Source: Candidatus Methylomirabilia bacterium
Lineage (GTDB): Bacteria > Methylomirabilota > Methylomirabilia > Rokubacteriales > CSP1-6
Direction: 5' to 3'
Assembly (NCBI GenBank): GCA_041496385.1
Contig: JBGQEL010000007.1
Span: 7,570 to 71,569, forward strand
Length of the DNA: 64,000 bases
Made by a program: the position numbers and the translations under genes. The notes beneath the pieces are model-generated. The model had not been told where the DNA came from, did not search any database, and saw nothing but the letters and a program-made list of their open reading frames with translations. Positions 9,245-17,683 of this stretch are shown piece after piece. Each line of letters opens with the position of its first letter. Positions within the stretch are counted from its first letter, which is position 1.

Positions 9245-9348
9245 TGCGAGGTGAGCCGCGGCACGCGGCGAGCCGAGCGGTGAGATTGGCTCCAGGGAGC
9301 GGTGCGAGGTGAGCCGCGGCGCGCGGCGAGCGGAGCGGTGAGATCGGT
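9244..9348. repeat. tandem direct repeat (2 copies of about 47 bp, period 58 bp) starting at the RRM gene stop codon
   Basis: Copy 1 (9244-9290) is gtgcgaggtgagccgcggcacgcggcgagccgagcggtgagattggc. Copy 2 (9302-9348) is gtgcgaggtgagccgcggcgcgcggcgagcggagcggtgagatcggtc. Each contains the self-complementary GCCGCGGC core. Confidence 0.6.
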
Positions 9349-9399
9349 CGTAGCGCGCGCACGCTAGCGATACGCGATCGAGGTCACTCGGACGTCGAC

Positions 9400-9425
9400 G
9401 GGGCCAGCCGGAAACGGCCGGCCCC
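9400..9425. terminator. GC-rich hairpin between convergent genes; candidate bidirectional terminator
   Basis: ggggccagccg gaaa cggccggcccc forms a stem with one mismatch. It sits between the RRM gene (+) and the 3' end of the DUF169/URO-D gene (-). There is no U-tract, which is common in high-GC genomes. Confidence 0.35.
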
Positions 9426-9446
9426 GTCCTGCGTCAGGCGCCGGGG

Positions 9447-11300
9447 CTAGGCGCCGTCGAAGATGCGGTCGTAGCGGCCGTACTCGCGGGCCGCGTCCAT
9501 GAACCAGCGCACGGCGTCGGGGTCCGAGCGCGGCGGGATTTCGCACGAGGTCGAGAGGATGAAGCCGGAGTGCTTCGCCGCCGCGTCCAGGCAGCGCCGC
9601 ACGTCGGCCTGCATCGCGTCCTGCGTGGTCTTCTCGAACTTTGTCGCGTCGACGTTGCCGATCGCCACCGCCCGGCCGCGCGAGACCTCCACGAACCGCC
9701 GGAGCTGATCCACGTAGAGCGTCGGGTCTCCCTGCTGGTCGAGGTCGAACGAGAACGTGGTGAATCCGCACTGGATCACGTCCTCGAAGATCGGATAGGT
9801 CGTCCCGCAGATGTGGGTCGTGACGCCGACCTTCTTGGCTTTGAAATGGTCCACCAGCTCCTTGTGGTACGGGGCGACGAACTCCCGATAGTTGTCGGGC
9901 GAGATCAGGCTGATGGATGCCGTCGGCTCCGAGAAGCTGAGGCCGATCCCCGTCTTCACGATCGCGTCACCCCAGAGCTTGCAGAAGTCCGTCGTGACAC
10001 GCATCGCGTCGTGGATGAAGCGCGGGTCCTCGAACGTGTCGAGCAGCATCGTTTCCGGGTTGCGCAGCAGCATCGCGATCGTCCAGGGGCCGACCGCGAC
10101 GGCGCCGATCGCCGACGGCGGCTTGGCCTTGACGAGCGCCTCGCACTGCTCGAGGAACGCCGGCAGGCGCGCCGTCTTGTAGGGATCGGGCATCACGAGC
10201 TTCGCGAGCCCGGCCTTGTCCTCCTGCAGGACGTGCTGGTCGATGGACGGCACGACGTAGTCCGAGTACTTCACGTGGCACCCGAAGGCCTCGGCCTCCT
10301 TGGCGAGGTCGTTGTAGGCGAGCACGACGTCGGGCTGGTATCGCTCGAAATAGTTCATCATCGCCGTGATCGCGCGCTTGACGTCCGTGCAGTATTCCTC
10401 GATCGAGAGGCCGTCGAGGGTGCCGGCGAACGAGGCGACGATGGGGTAGACGGGGACACGGTCGGCGAAGGAGCGCTTGTAGGCCGCGACGACCCGGTCG
10501 CGGTTCGTGTACGCGCCACGACCCTGCTCGACGTCCCAGACACGGTTGGCCTCCATGTACCGGGCCGGCAGCTTGGCCTCGTATTCCATGAACTGCGTGA
10601 TCGGGTAACGGATGCCGCCCGCGTGCGTTCCCCGGAGCCCCTCGACGATCTCCTCCATCTGGGCCCAGGGGATCGTGAAGGCCATCTCGTGATCCTGAGT
10701 CTGGCCGAAGATCCGGTCGCCGGAGCAGGGCAGGATCACCTGGGGCCGGTCCGTCCGCATGGTCGAGACGATGATCTCGGAGCAGTCGATGCGGCCGCCA
10801 AACGCGGAGGTGAGCTTGCCGCCGCGCTTCCAGAGGGCCGCCTGCGTGAGCCGCATGACCTGGGCGGGATTCGCGTAGACGCAGACTAGGTGCGGCTCGA
10901 AGGGCGCGCGGTCGAGCGGCGCGACGAGGAGCGCGTAGTACTCGCCTGACGCGAAGCGGTCCACCGCGGCCTCGGAGCGCCGGCCCGCCTCCTTCGTCTC
11001 GGTGTACATGCCCTCGCAGAGCGTGCCCGAGTTGTGGAGGTGTGTGGGTTTCTCGAAACCGAGCGCCGCGATCCCGAGGGAGCAGATATGGTCCTCCCGC
11101 GTCAGCGCGATCATCCAGCCGTACCGCCGGGCCATGTCGATGACCTGGCAGTTCATGCTGAGCTTCTTGAAGTCGCGCGCCGGGCGCCGGGCCTTGTCCG
11201 GGATCGGCTCGCCGGGCTTCAGCATCCGGATCGCGACGGGAAAGGTCTGCGGCCGGATGTAGGTCTGGAGCTCCCGGTCCGCCATCTTGACGTCGATCAT
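9447..11300 (-). CDS. fusion protein: N-terminal DUF169 (COG2043-like) domain and C-terminal URO-D/MtaA-like Zn-dependent methyltransferase domain
   Basis: 617-aa ORF with a GGAGG RBS. The N-terminal roughly 260 aa resembles the DUF169 family (recalled, not searched). The C-terminal roughly 350 aa resembles the uroporphyrinogen decarboxylase / methylcobamide:CoM methyltransferase family, with an HICG His-x-Cys motif and a STSCEIPP Cys (recalled, not searched). Confidence 0.75.
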   Translation of the reverse strand: MIDVKMADRELQTYIRPQTFPVAIRMLKPGEPIPDKARRPARDFKKLSMNCQVIDMARRYGWMIALTREDHICSLGIAALGFEKPTHLHNSGTLCEGMYTETKEAGRRSEAAVDRFASGEYYALLVAPLDRAPFEPHLVCVYANPAQVMRLTQAALWKRGGKLTSAFGGRIDCSEIIVSTMRTDRPQVILPCSGDRIFGQTQDHEMAFTIPWAQMEEIVEGLRGTHAGGIRYPITQFMEYEAKLPARYMEANRVWDVEQGRGAYTNRDRVVAAYKRSFADRVPVYPIVASFAGTLDGLSIEEYCTDVKRAITAMMNYFERYQPDVVLAYNDLAKEAEAFGCHVKYSDYVVPSIDQHVLQEDKAGLAKLVMPDPYKTARLPAFLEQCEALVKAKPPSAIGAVAVGPWTIAMLLRNPETMLLDTFEDPRFIHDAMRVTTDFCKLWGDAIVKTGIGLSFSEPTASISLISPDNYREFVAPYHKELVDHFKAKKVGVTTHICGTTYPIFEDVIQCGFTTFSFDLDQQGDPTLYVDQLRRFVEVSRGRAVAIGNVDATKFEKTTQDAMQADVRRCLDAAAKHSGFILSTSCEIPPRSDPDAVRWFMDAAREYGRYDRIFDGA

Positions 11301-11424
11301 GGCTGGCCTCCGCTGAGAGCGTACTACCTAGAGAACCCCGCGACAACAGAGTAGAATACCGCCCACCGCGGCGGCGCGAGGCGAGCCGCGGGTCGAGATC
11401 TTCGTCGATCAGGGAGGCGGGACG

Positions 11425-12861
11425 ATGCAGGCTCCAAGTGCGAGCTACAGCCTCACGGTGCGGCTGGCGATCACGAACAAGCCCGGAATGCTCGGGCGGG
11501 TCACGTCGGCGATCGGCAAGGCGGGCGGCGACATCGGCGCGATCGACCTCGTCGAGGTCGGCAAGTCCACGATCACGCGCGACATCACCTTCAAGGCGCG
11601 CGATGAGCAGCACGGCCAGCAGGTCGCCGACCGGATCCGCGCGGTGCGGGGCGTCAAGGTCGTCAACGTCTCTGACCGCACCTTCCTGATGCACCTCGGG
11701 GGCAAGATCGAGGTGCGCGGGAAGATGAGCGTGAAGACCCGGGACGACCTCTCCATGGCCTACACGCCGGGCGTGGCGCGCGTCTGCATGGCGATCCACC
11801 ACGACCCCGAGAAGGCCTACGCGCTCACGATCAAGCAGAACGCGGTCGCGGTCGTCACCGACGGCACCGCGGTGCTCGGCCTGGGCGACATCGGCCCCAG
11901 CGCGGCGCAGCCGGTCATGGAGGGGAAGGCGCTCATCTTCAAGGAGTTCGCCGGCGTGGACGCGTTCCCGCTCTGCCTCGCGACCAAGGACGTGGACGAG
12001 ATCGTCATGATCGTGAAGGCCATTTCACCGGTCTTCGGGGGCATCAATCTCGAGGACATCTCGGCACCACGTTGTTTCGAGATCGAACAGCGACTCCAGC
12101 GCGACCTCGAGATCCCCGTCTTCCACGACGACCAGCACGGCACGGCCGTCGTCGTCCTGGCTGCGATGCTTAACGCGCTCAAGGTAGTCAAGAAGCGCCT
12201 CGGCGACGTCCGCATCGTGTTCACCGGCGCCGGCGCCTCGGGCATCGCGACGGCGAAGCTCCTGATGCGCGCCGGCGCCAAGCACATCGTCGCCTGCGAC
12301 CGCGCCGGCACCCTCTACCGCGGACGCGTCGACAATATGAACCCGATGAAGGAGTGGTTCGCCAAGCACACCAACGAGAAGCGCATCCGCGGCACCGTGT
12401 CCGACGCGCTCAAGGACGCGGACGTGTTCATCGGGCTCTCCGCGCCGGGCGTGGTCTCGCTCAAGGACATCAAGTCCATGGCGCGTGACCCGATCGTGTT
12501 CGCCATGGCGAATCCGATCCCCGAGATCCAGCCCGAGGAGGCCGGGCCGTTCGTGCGAGTCATGGCGACGGGGCGCTCCGACTACCCCAACCAGATCAAC
12601 AACTCCTGCTGCTTCCCCGGCTTCTTCCGGGGGATGCTCGACGTGCGCGCCCGCCGGGTGAACGACGAGATGAAGCTCGCCGCGGCCCACGCGCTCGCGG
12701 CCATCGTGTCGAAGGAAGAGCTGGGGGAGGAGTACATCACGCCCTCGATGTTCGACGGCCGGGTCGTGCCCGCCGTCTCCGCCGCTGTCGCCGAGGCGGC
12801 CGTGCGCACGGGCGTGGCGCGGCGCCGCCCGCGCGGGACCACCGCCTCCGCGTCGCGGTAG
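11425..12861 (+). CDS. NAD(P)-dependent malic enzyme with N-terminal ACT domain
   Basis: ACT-like N-terminus (LTVRLAITNKPGMLGRVTSAIGKAGGDIGAIDL). Malic-enzyme core (DDLSMAYTPGVA, FHDDQHGTAVVVLAA, Rossmann GAGASGIATAKLL). 478 aa. Confidence 0.9.
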   Translation: MQAPSASYSLTVRLAITNKPGMLGRVTSAIGKAGGDIGAIDLVEVGKSTITRDITFKARDEQHGQQVADRIRAVRGVKVVNVSDRTFLMHLGGKIEVRGKMSVKTRDDLSMAYTPGVARVCMAIHHDPEKAYALTIKQNAVAVVTDGTAVLGLGDIGPSAAQPVMEGKALIFKEFAGVDAFPLCLATKDVDEIVMIVKAISPVFGGINLEDISAPRCFEIEQRLQRDLEIPVFHDDQHGTAVVVLAAMLNALKVVKKRLGDVRIVFTGAGASGIATAKLLMRAGAKHIVACDRAGTLYRGRVDNMNPMKEWFAKHTNEKRIRGTVSDALKDADVFIGLSAPGVVSLKDIKSMARDPIVFAMANPIPEIQPEEAGPFVRVMATGRSDYPNQINNSCCFPGFFRGMLDVRARRVNDEMKLAAAHALAAIVSKEELGEEYITPSMFDGRVVPAVSAAVAEAAVRTGVARRRPRGTTASASR

Positions 12862-12864
12862 GCC

Positions 12865-13065
12865 GTGAGGCGCCGGGACCTCCTCGCCGTCTGCTTCGTG
12901 CTCGGGAGCGCGCTGCTCGTCTGGCCGCTCCTCTCGATCCCGAACCGGCCGATCCTGGTCCTCGGGGTCCCGGCGCTCGTGCTCTACCTGTTCGCCGTGT
13001 GGGCGGCCATCGTCGCCGTCCTCGCGTGGGCCGCCCGCCGGTCCGGAGGCGAGGACGCCCCGTGA
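12865..13065 (+). CDS. small membrane protein preceding the SSS-domain gene (DUF3311/DUF4212-like symporter-associated subunit)
   Basis: 66-aa ORF with two hydrophobic helices. Its stop overlaps the start of the SSS-sensor gene (GTGA). This arrangement is typical of small subunits encoded ahead of sodium:solute symporters. Confidence 0.5.
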   Translation: MRRRDLLAVCFVLGSALLVWPLLSIPNRPILVLGVPALVLYLFAVWAAIVAVLAWAARRSGGEDAP

Positions 13066-16040
13066 CCTGGCAGTCGCAGACGCCGATCGTCGGGATCCTG
13101 CTCGCGTATCTCTGCTTCCTCTTCCTCGTCGCCGCCACCGCCGAGCGCTTCGGCCGCCGGCTCGCCGCGCCACGACTCCGGACCGGCACCTACGTGCTCG
13201 CGGTCTCCGTGTACTGCACCGCGTGGACCTTCTACGGCAGCGTCGGGCTCGCGGCGAACCGCGGGCTCGAGTTCCTCACGATCTACCTGGGCCCGGCGCT
13301 CGCCGCGCTCATGTGGCCGACCGTGCTCCGAAAGCTCGTCCGCGTGGCGAAGGAGCAGCGGATCACCACGATCTCCGACTTCGTGGGCAGCCGGTACGGC
13401 AAGTCGGCGCCGCTCGGCACCCTCGTCGCCGCGCTCGTGGTCTGCGGGATGATCCCGTACATCGCGCTTCAGCTGAAGGCGGTGTCGGTGTCCTTCCAGC
13501 TCATGATGGGCGACTCGGTGCTCTCCGGGTTCGACCCGACGCTCCTCGTCGCGGGCACGCTCGCGCTCTTCGGCATCCTGTTCGGGGCGCGGAACCTCGA
13601 CTTCACCCGGCAGCAGACGGGTCTGATGACCGCCGTGGCGGTGGAGTCGATCGTCAAGCTCGTCGCGTTCCTGCTGGTCGGGATCTACGTCACCTGGGGC
13701 CTCTTCGGGGGCTTCGGCGACATCTTCGGCCGCATCGCCCAGAGCCGCTGGGCCGAGCTGGTCACCCTCGGCGCGCCGCCCGCCGCCTCCTACGCGCGCT
13801 GGACCGCGTTGCTCGTGATCTCGATGATGGCCGTCATGCTGCTCCCGCGCCAGTTCCACGTGCTGGTGGTGCAGAACCCGCGCGAGCGCGACGTGCAGAC
13901 CGCGGCGTGGGCGTTCCCGCTCTACTTGCTCGCGATCAACGTGTTCGTCCTGCCGATCGCCTTCGCCGGGCTCCTCACGTTCGGTGACGGCGCCGCCGCG
14001 GACAGCTTCATCCTGGCGCTGCCGCTCCGGGCGGGCGCCAGCTTCGTCGCGGTCACGGTGTTCCTCGGCGGCTTCTCGGCGGCGACGGCGATGATCGTGG
14101 TGGACTCGCTCGCGCTGTCGAAGATGATCTCCAACGACATCGTGCTGCCCTTCATCCTCCGGCGCCGCGGTTTCGCCGAGGTCTACTCGGCGAGCCTCGC
14201 CTCGACGCGCCTCGGCATCCTCGTGGTCGTGACGCTCGGCTTCATCTGGGCACGCCTCGAGGCCGGCCAGCTCCTCCTGGTCGAAATGGGTATCCTGTCG
14301 TTCATCGCGGTCTCGCAGGTCGCCCCGGCGGTCCTGCTCGGCCTCTACTGGCGGCGGGGCAACCGCAAGGGTGCCTTCGCCGGCATCTCGCTCGGCTTCG
14401 CCCTCTGGTTCTACACGCTCATCATTCCCGCCTTCGTGAAGGAGGGGCTCGTCCCCGCCTCGACGCTCGCGGCGGGACCGCTCGGGCTCGCGTGGCTGCG
14501 GCCGACGGCATTCCTCGGCCTGGAGGGGCTCGACCCGACCAGCCACGGCATCTTCTGGTCGCTCTTCGTCAACGTCGCCGCCTATCTCCTCGTGTCGATC
14601 CTGACGACCCAGGACGCCGACGAGCGGAGCCAGGCCGCGGCGTTCGTCGGGCTCGTCGAGAAGGCCGAGCCCGCGTCGCCCACGCCGGCGATCCTCTCAG
14701 TGCCCGAGATCGAGCGGCTCCTCCACCTCTACGTCCCGGAGGAGGAGGCGGACGCGATCCTCCGTGAGCTGCTCGGCGGCAAGAGCCCCCGGGAGCTCTC
14801 GGTCCCGGACCTGCTGGACCTCCGCATCCGCTTCGAGCGGGTGCTCGCGGCGTCGCTCGGCGCGGCGGCGGCCCGGTACATCATCGAGGACCGATTCACG
14901 ATCTCGAAGGGCGAGGCGCAGCAGCTCGTCGAATCGTTCCAGGCCATGCAGCGCTCCCTGGGCAAGAGCGAGCGCCTGCTCGCCTCCGTCGTCGAGTCGG
15001 TCGCCGACTGCATCTTCACGACGGACGTCGAGGGCCGGCTCATCACCATCAACCCCGCGGGACGGCGGCTCCTCGGCTGGGTGCCCGCCGCCGTGCCCTC
15101 GCTCACGTACCTCGACGTGCTCGACGAGGCGGATCGGCGGCGCGCTGGCCCCGCGATCGAGCGCGCGGTCGCCGGCGGGCGGCCGTGGCTCGGGAGTGTG
15201 AATGGCCTCACGCGGGCCAAGCGCCGCTTCCCTGCGTATCTCGCGATCTCCTGCGTCTTCGACGAGAAGCGGCAGGTGCTCGGGACGGTCGGCGTCCTTC
15301 GCGACCTCACCGAGCAGGTGGCGACCCAGCAGCGGCTGATCCAGCGGGAGAAGCTCGCGTCGCTCGGCGAGATGGCCGCGGGCGTCGCCCACGAGATCCG
15401 CAACCCGCTCGGCGGGATCAAGATGGCGACGACCCTGCTGTCGTCCGGCGCCGGCGAGGATCGGCGGATCTCGCAGGAGATGGCGCAGTCCATCCTGTCG
15501 GGTATCAAGGAGATCGAGACGATCATCGCCGATCTGCTCGACTACGCGCGCGAGACGCGGCTCGACTGCCAGGAATACGCCCTCAGCCGGATCCTCGCCC
15601 CGGTCGTCGAGTCCTGCGCCGCCGAGGGGCGCGGGCGGGGGATCCGCGTCGAGGTCCTGGGGCTCGACGCGGACCTGGTCGCCGCGGTGGACGGCCCGCG
15701 CCTGCGCCAGGTCTTCGCCAACGTGCTGAAGAACGCGCTCGAGGCGACGGAGCGCCAGCTTGGGGGGCGCGTGGACGTGCGCCTCGACCGGCGCGGCGCG
15801 GCCGTCGTGGTCGAGGTCGCCGACAACGGCGTGGGCATCGCGCCGGAGCACCGCGAGAAGATCTTCCTGCCCTTCTACACCACGAAGCCGACGGGCACCG
15901 GGCTCGGGATGGCGATCGTGAAAAAAATCATGGACCTGCACGGCGGTGAGATCGAGATCGACAGCGCGCCCGGCCACGGCACGACCATCCGGCTCGTCAT
16001 CCCGCGGTCGCCGCTCCCGGCGGCCGTGGAAGTCGGTTAG
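13062..16040 (+). CDS. sodium:solute symporter (SSS/SLC5) domain fused to a PAS-HisKA-HATPase sensor histidine kinase (CbrA/CrbS/MxtR-like)
   Basis: GTG at 13062. The N-terminal roughly 500 aa is polytopic and has SSS family motifs. Then a PAS block (VESVADCIFTTDVEGRLITINPAG), an H-box (AAGVAHEIRNPLGGI) and an ATPase G-box (GTGLGMAIVKKIMDLHGGEIEI). About 992 aa. Confidence 0.85.
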   Translation: MTWQSQTPIVGILLAYLCFLFLVAATAERFGRRLAAPRLRTGTYVLAVSVYCTAWTFYGSVGLAANRGLEFLTIYLGPALAALMWPTVLRKLVRVAKEQRITTISDFVGSRYGKSAPLGTLVAALVVCGMIPYIALQLKAVSVSFQLMMGDSVLSGFDPTLLVAGTLALFGILFGARNLDFTRQQTGLMTAVAVESIVKLVAFLLVGIYVTWGLFGGFGDIFGRIAQSRWAELVTLGAPPAASYARWTALLVISMMAVMLLPRQFHVLVVQNPRERDVQTAAWAFPLYLLAINVFVLPIAFAGLLTFGDGAAADSFILALPLRAGASFVAVTVFLGGFSAATAMIVVDSLALSKMISNDIVLPFILRRRGFAEVYSASLASTRLGILVVVTLGFIWARLEAGQLLLVEMGILSFIAVSQVAPAVLLGLYWRRGNRKGAFAGISLGFALWFYTLIIPAFVKEGLVPASTLAAGPLGLAWLRPTAFLGLEGLDPTSHGIFWSLFVNVAAYLLVSILTTQDADERSQAAAFVGLVEKAEPASPTPAILSVPEIERLLHLYVPEEEADAILRELLGGKSPRELSVPDLLDLRIRFERVLAASLGAAAARYIIEDRFTISKGEAQQLVESFQAMQRSLGKSERLLASVVESVADCIFTTDVEGRLITINPAGRRLLGWVPAAVPSLTYLDVLDEADRRRAGPAIERAVAGGRPWLGSVNGLTRAKRRFPAYLAISCVFDEKRQVLGTVGVLRDLTEQVATQQRLIQREKLASLGEMAAGVAHEIRNPLGGIKMATTLLSSGAGEDRRISQEMAQSILSGIKEIETIIADLLDYARETRLDCQEYALSRILAPVVESCAAEGRGRGIRVEVLGLDADLVAAVDGPRLRQVFANVLKNALEATERQLGGRVDVRLDRRGAAVVVEVADNGVGIAPEHREKIFLPFYTTKPTGTGLGMAIVKKIMDLHGGEIEIDSAPGHGTTIRLVIPRSPLPAAVEVG

Positions 16041-16049
16041 GAGGCTCGG

Positions 16050-17432
16050 ATGAAGCACCGCATCCTCATCGTCGAAGACGACGAGATCTTCCTGCGCCCG
16101 CTGCAGCGCACCCTGGAGGTCGAGGGCTACGAGGTCGCCGTCGTCCAGAGCGGCGAGGAGGCGGTCGAGCTGCTCAAGGGCGACGACGTGGACCTCGTGC
16201 TGACCGACAAGCGGCTGCCCGGGATCGACGGCGTGGATCTGGTGCGGCGGATGAAGGCCGATCACCCGGACCTCGCGGTGGTCGTGATGACGGCGTACGG
16301 GACGATCGGCTCGGCGGTCGAGGCGATGCGCCTCGGAGCCGAGGACTACCTCGTCAAGCCGTTCGACGCCGCCGAGGTCCTGATGGTGCTCCGCCGCGCG
16401 ATCGAGTTCCACGAGCTGAAGGCCGCGAGCCGCGCGACACTGCGGCGCAACCAGGAGCGCTTCACGCTCAGGAACGTCGTGACGCAGAGCCAGCCGATGC
16501 AGGAGGTGTTCGAGCTCCTGTCCACGGTGGCGGGGCTCGATACGACAGTCCTGATCTACGGCGAGACGGGCGTGGGCAAGGAGCTGCTGGCGCGCTCGCT
16601 GCACTTCTCGGGCGCGCGGCGCGACCGGCCATTCGCCGCCGTCAACTGCGCGGCAATCCCGGAGGAGCTGTTCGAGTCGGAGCTCTTCGGCTTCCGGAAG
16701 GGTGCCTTCACCGGCGCCGGCGAGACCCGGCGGGGTCTGCTCCAGGCGGCCAACGGGGGCACGCTCCTCCTCGACGAGATCGGCGAGATGCCGCTGGGGC
16801 TCCAGGCCAAGCTCCTGCGCGTCATCGAGGAGAAACGGGTCACGTCCATCGGATCGGACCGTCCCGTCGAGATCGACGTGCGCTTCATCGCCACGACGAA
16901 CAAGGACCTCCAGGTGGAAGTGGAGCGCGGCGCCTTCCGGCGCGACCTCTTCTACCGCCTCTCGGTGATGCCCGTGCGGGTGCCGCCGCTGCGCGAGCGG
17001 CCGGGCGACGTTCCGTTGCTCGCGCAGCACTTCCTCGAGCAGAGTGCCCGACGCTCCAAGAAGGTGGTGCGCGCCATCGCTCCGGAGGCGATGCAGGCGC
17101 TCGGCCGCTACGCGTGGCCCGGCAACGTGCGCGAGCTCGAGAACGTGATCGAGCGCGCGGTGATCGTCGCCAAGGGCGACACCATCGTCGACGTCGAGCG
17201 CTTCCTCAGCGGCGAGAGCGGGCGGCCGAGGGTGGACCTCGGGCTGCCGTTCCGGGACGCGAAGGCGCGCGTCGTCGAGGAGTTCGAGCGCGCGTACATC
17301 AGCGGCGTGCTCGAGGCCGAGGGCGGCAAGCTCACGGCGGCCGCGAAGCATGCGGACATGGACCCGAAGAACTTCCACGAGAAGCTGATCCGGTACGGCC
17401 TGCGCCGCCCCTCGACGGGGCTCAGCGAATGA
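16050..17432 (+). CDS. sigma-54-dependent response regulator (NtrC/CbrB-like)
   Basis: GGAGG RBS. REC motif ILIVEDDE...LVLTDKRLP. AAA+ Walker A GETGVGKE. GAFTGA motif ESELFGFRKGAFTGA. C-terminal HTH. 460 aa. Confidence 0.9.
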   Translation: MKHRILIVEDDEIFLRPLQRTLEVEGYEVAVVQSGEEAVELLKGDDVDLVLTDKRLPGIDGVDLVRRMKADHPDLAVVVMTAYGTIGSAVEAMRLGAEDYLVKPFDAAEVLMVLRRAIEFHELKAASRATLRRNQERFTLRNVVTQSQPMQEVFELLSTVAGLDTTVLIYGETGVGKELLARSLHFSGARRDRPFAAVNCAAIPEELFESELFGFRKGAFTGAGETRRGLLQAANGGTLLLDEIGEMPLGLQAKLLRVIEEKRVTSIGSDRPVEIDVRFIATTNKDLQVEVERGAFRRDLFYRLSVMPVRVPPLRERPGDVPLLAQHFLEQSARRSKKVVRAIAPEAMQALGRYAWPGNVRELENVIERAVIVAKGDTIVDVERFLSGESGRPRVDLGLPFRDAKARVVEEFERAYISGVLEAEGGKLTAAAKHADMDPKNFHEKLIRYGLRRPSTGLSE

Positions 17433-17585
17433 GGCCAGCGGCGTAGCTCCCGCCTTGCCGCGGCCCGTGATTGCGCGCTGCGGCAGGGCCTCGACACCAT
17501 GGCGCGTCGGGTCTCGATACCAGGAGTTCGCTCGAGCCCGTCGTCGAACCAGCGAGAAATAAATAGGTCTGTGCCCGGCCTCCTC

Positions 17586-17601
17586 TGGCATAAGGGCTGC
17601 A
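17586..17601 (+). promoter_or_regulatory. sigma-54 (-24/-12) promoter TGGCAT-N5-CTGCA
   Basis: tggcataagggctgca has GG and GC at the consensus 12-nt spacing. It lies about 83 nt upstream of the MFS transporter ATG and directly downstream of the NtrC-family regulator gene. Confidence 0.6.
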
Positions 17602-17683
17602 CATCGTTCGCGGCTCCGATGGAGGAGCCCTGCAGCGAACGGCCATACGGCTGCGCTCCGCGCAGGCGCTCACAGGGAGGCCC

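Noticed and set aside
9244-9348. Possible CRISPR array (direct repeats).
   Set aside because: Only two copies. Period of 58 bp with an 11-bp 'spacer'. No cas genes or leader. It is a simple tandem duplication or 3'-UTR element.
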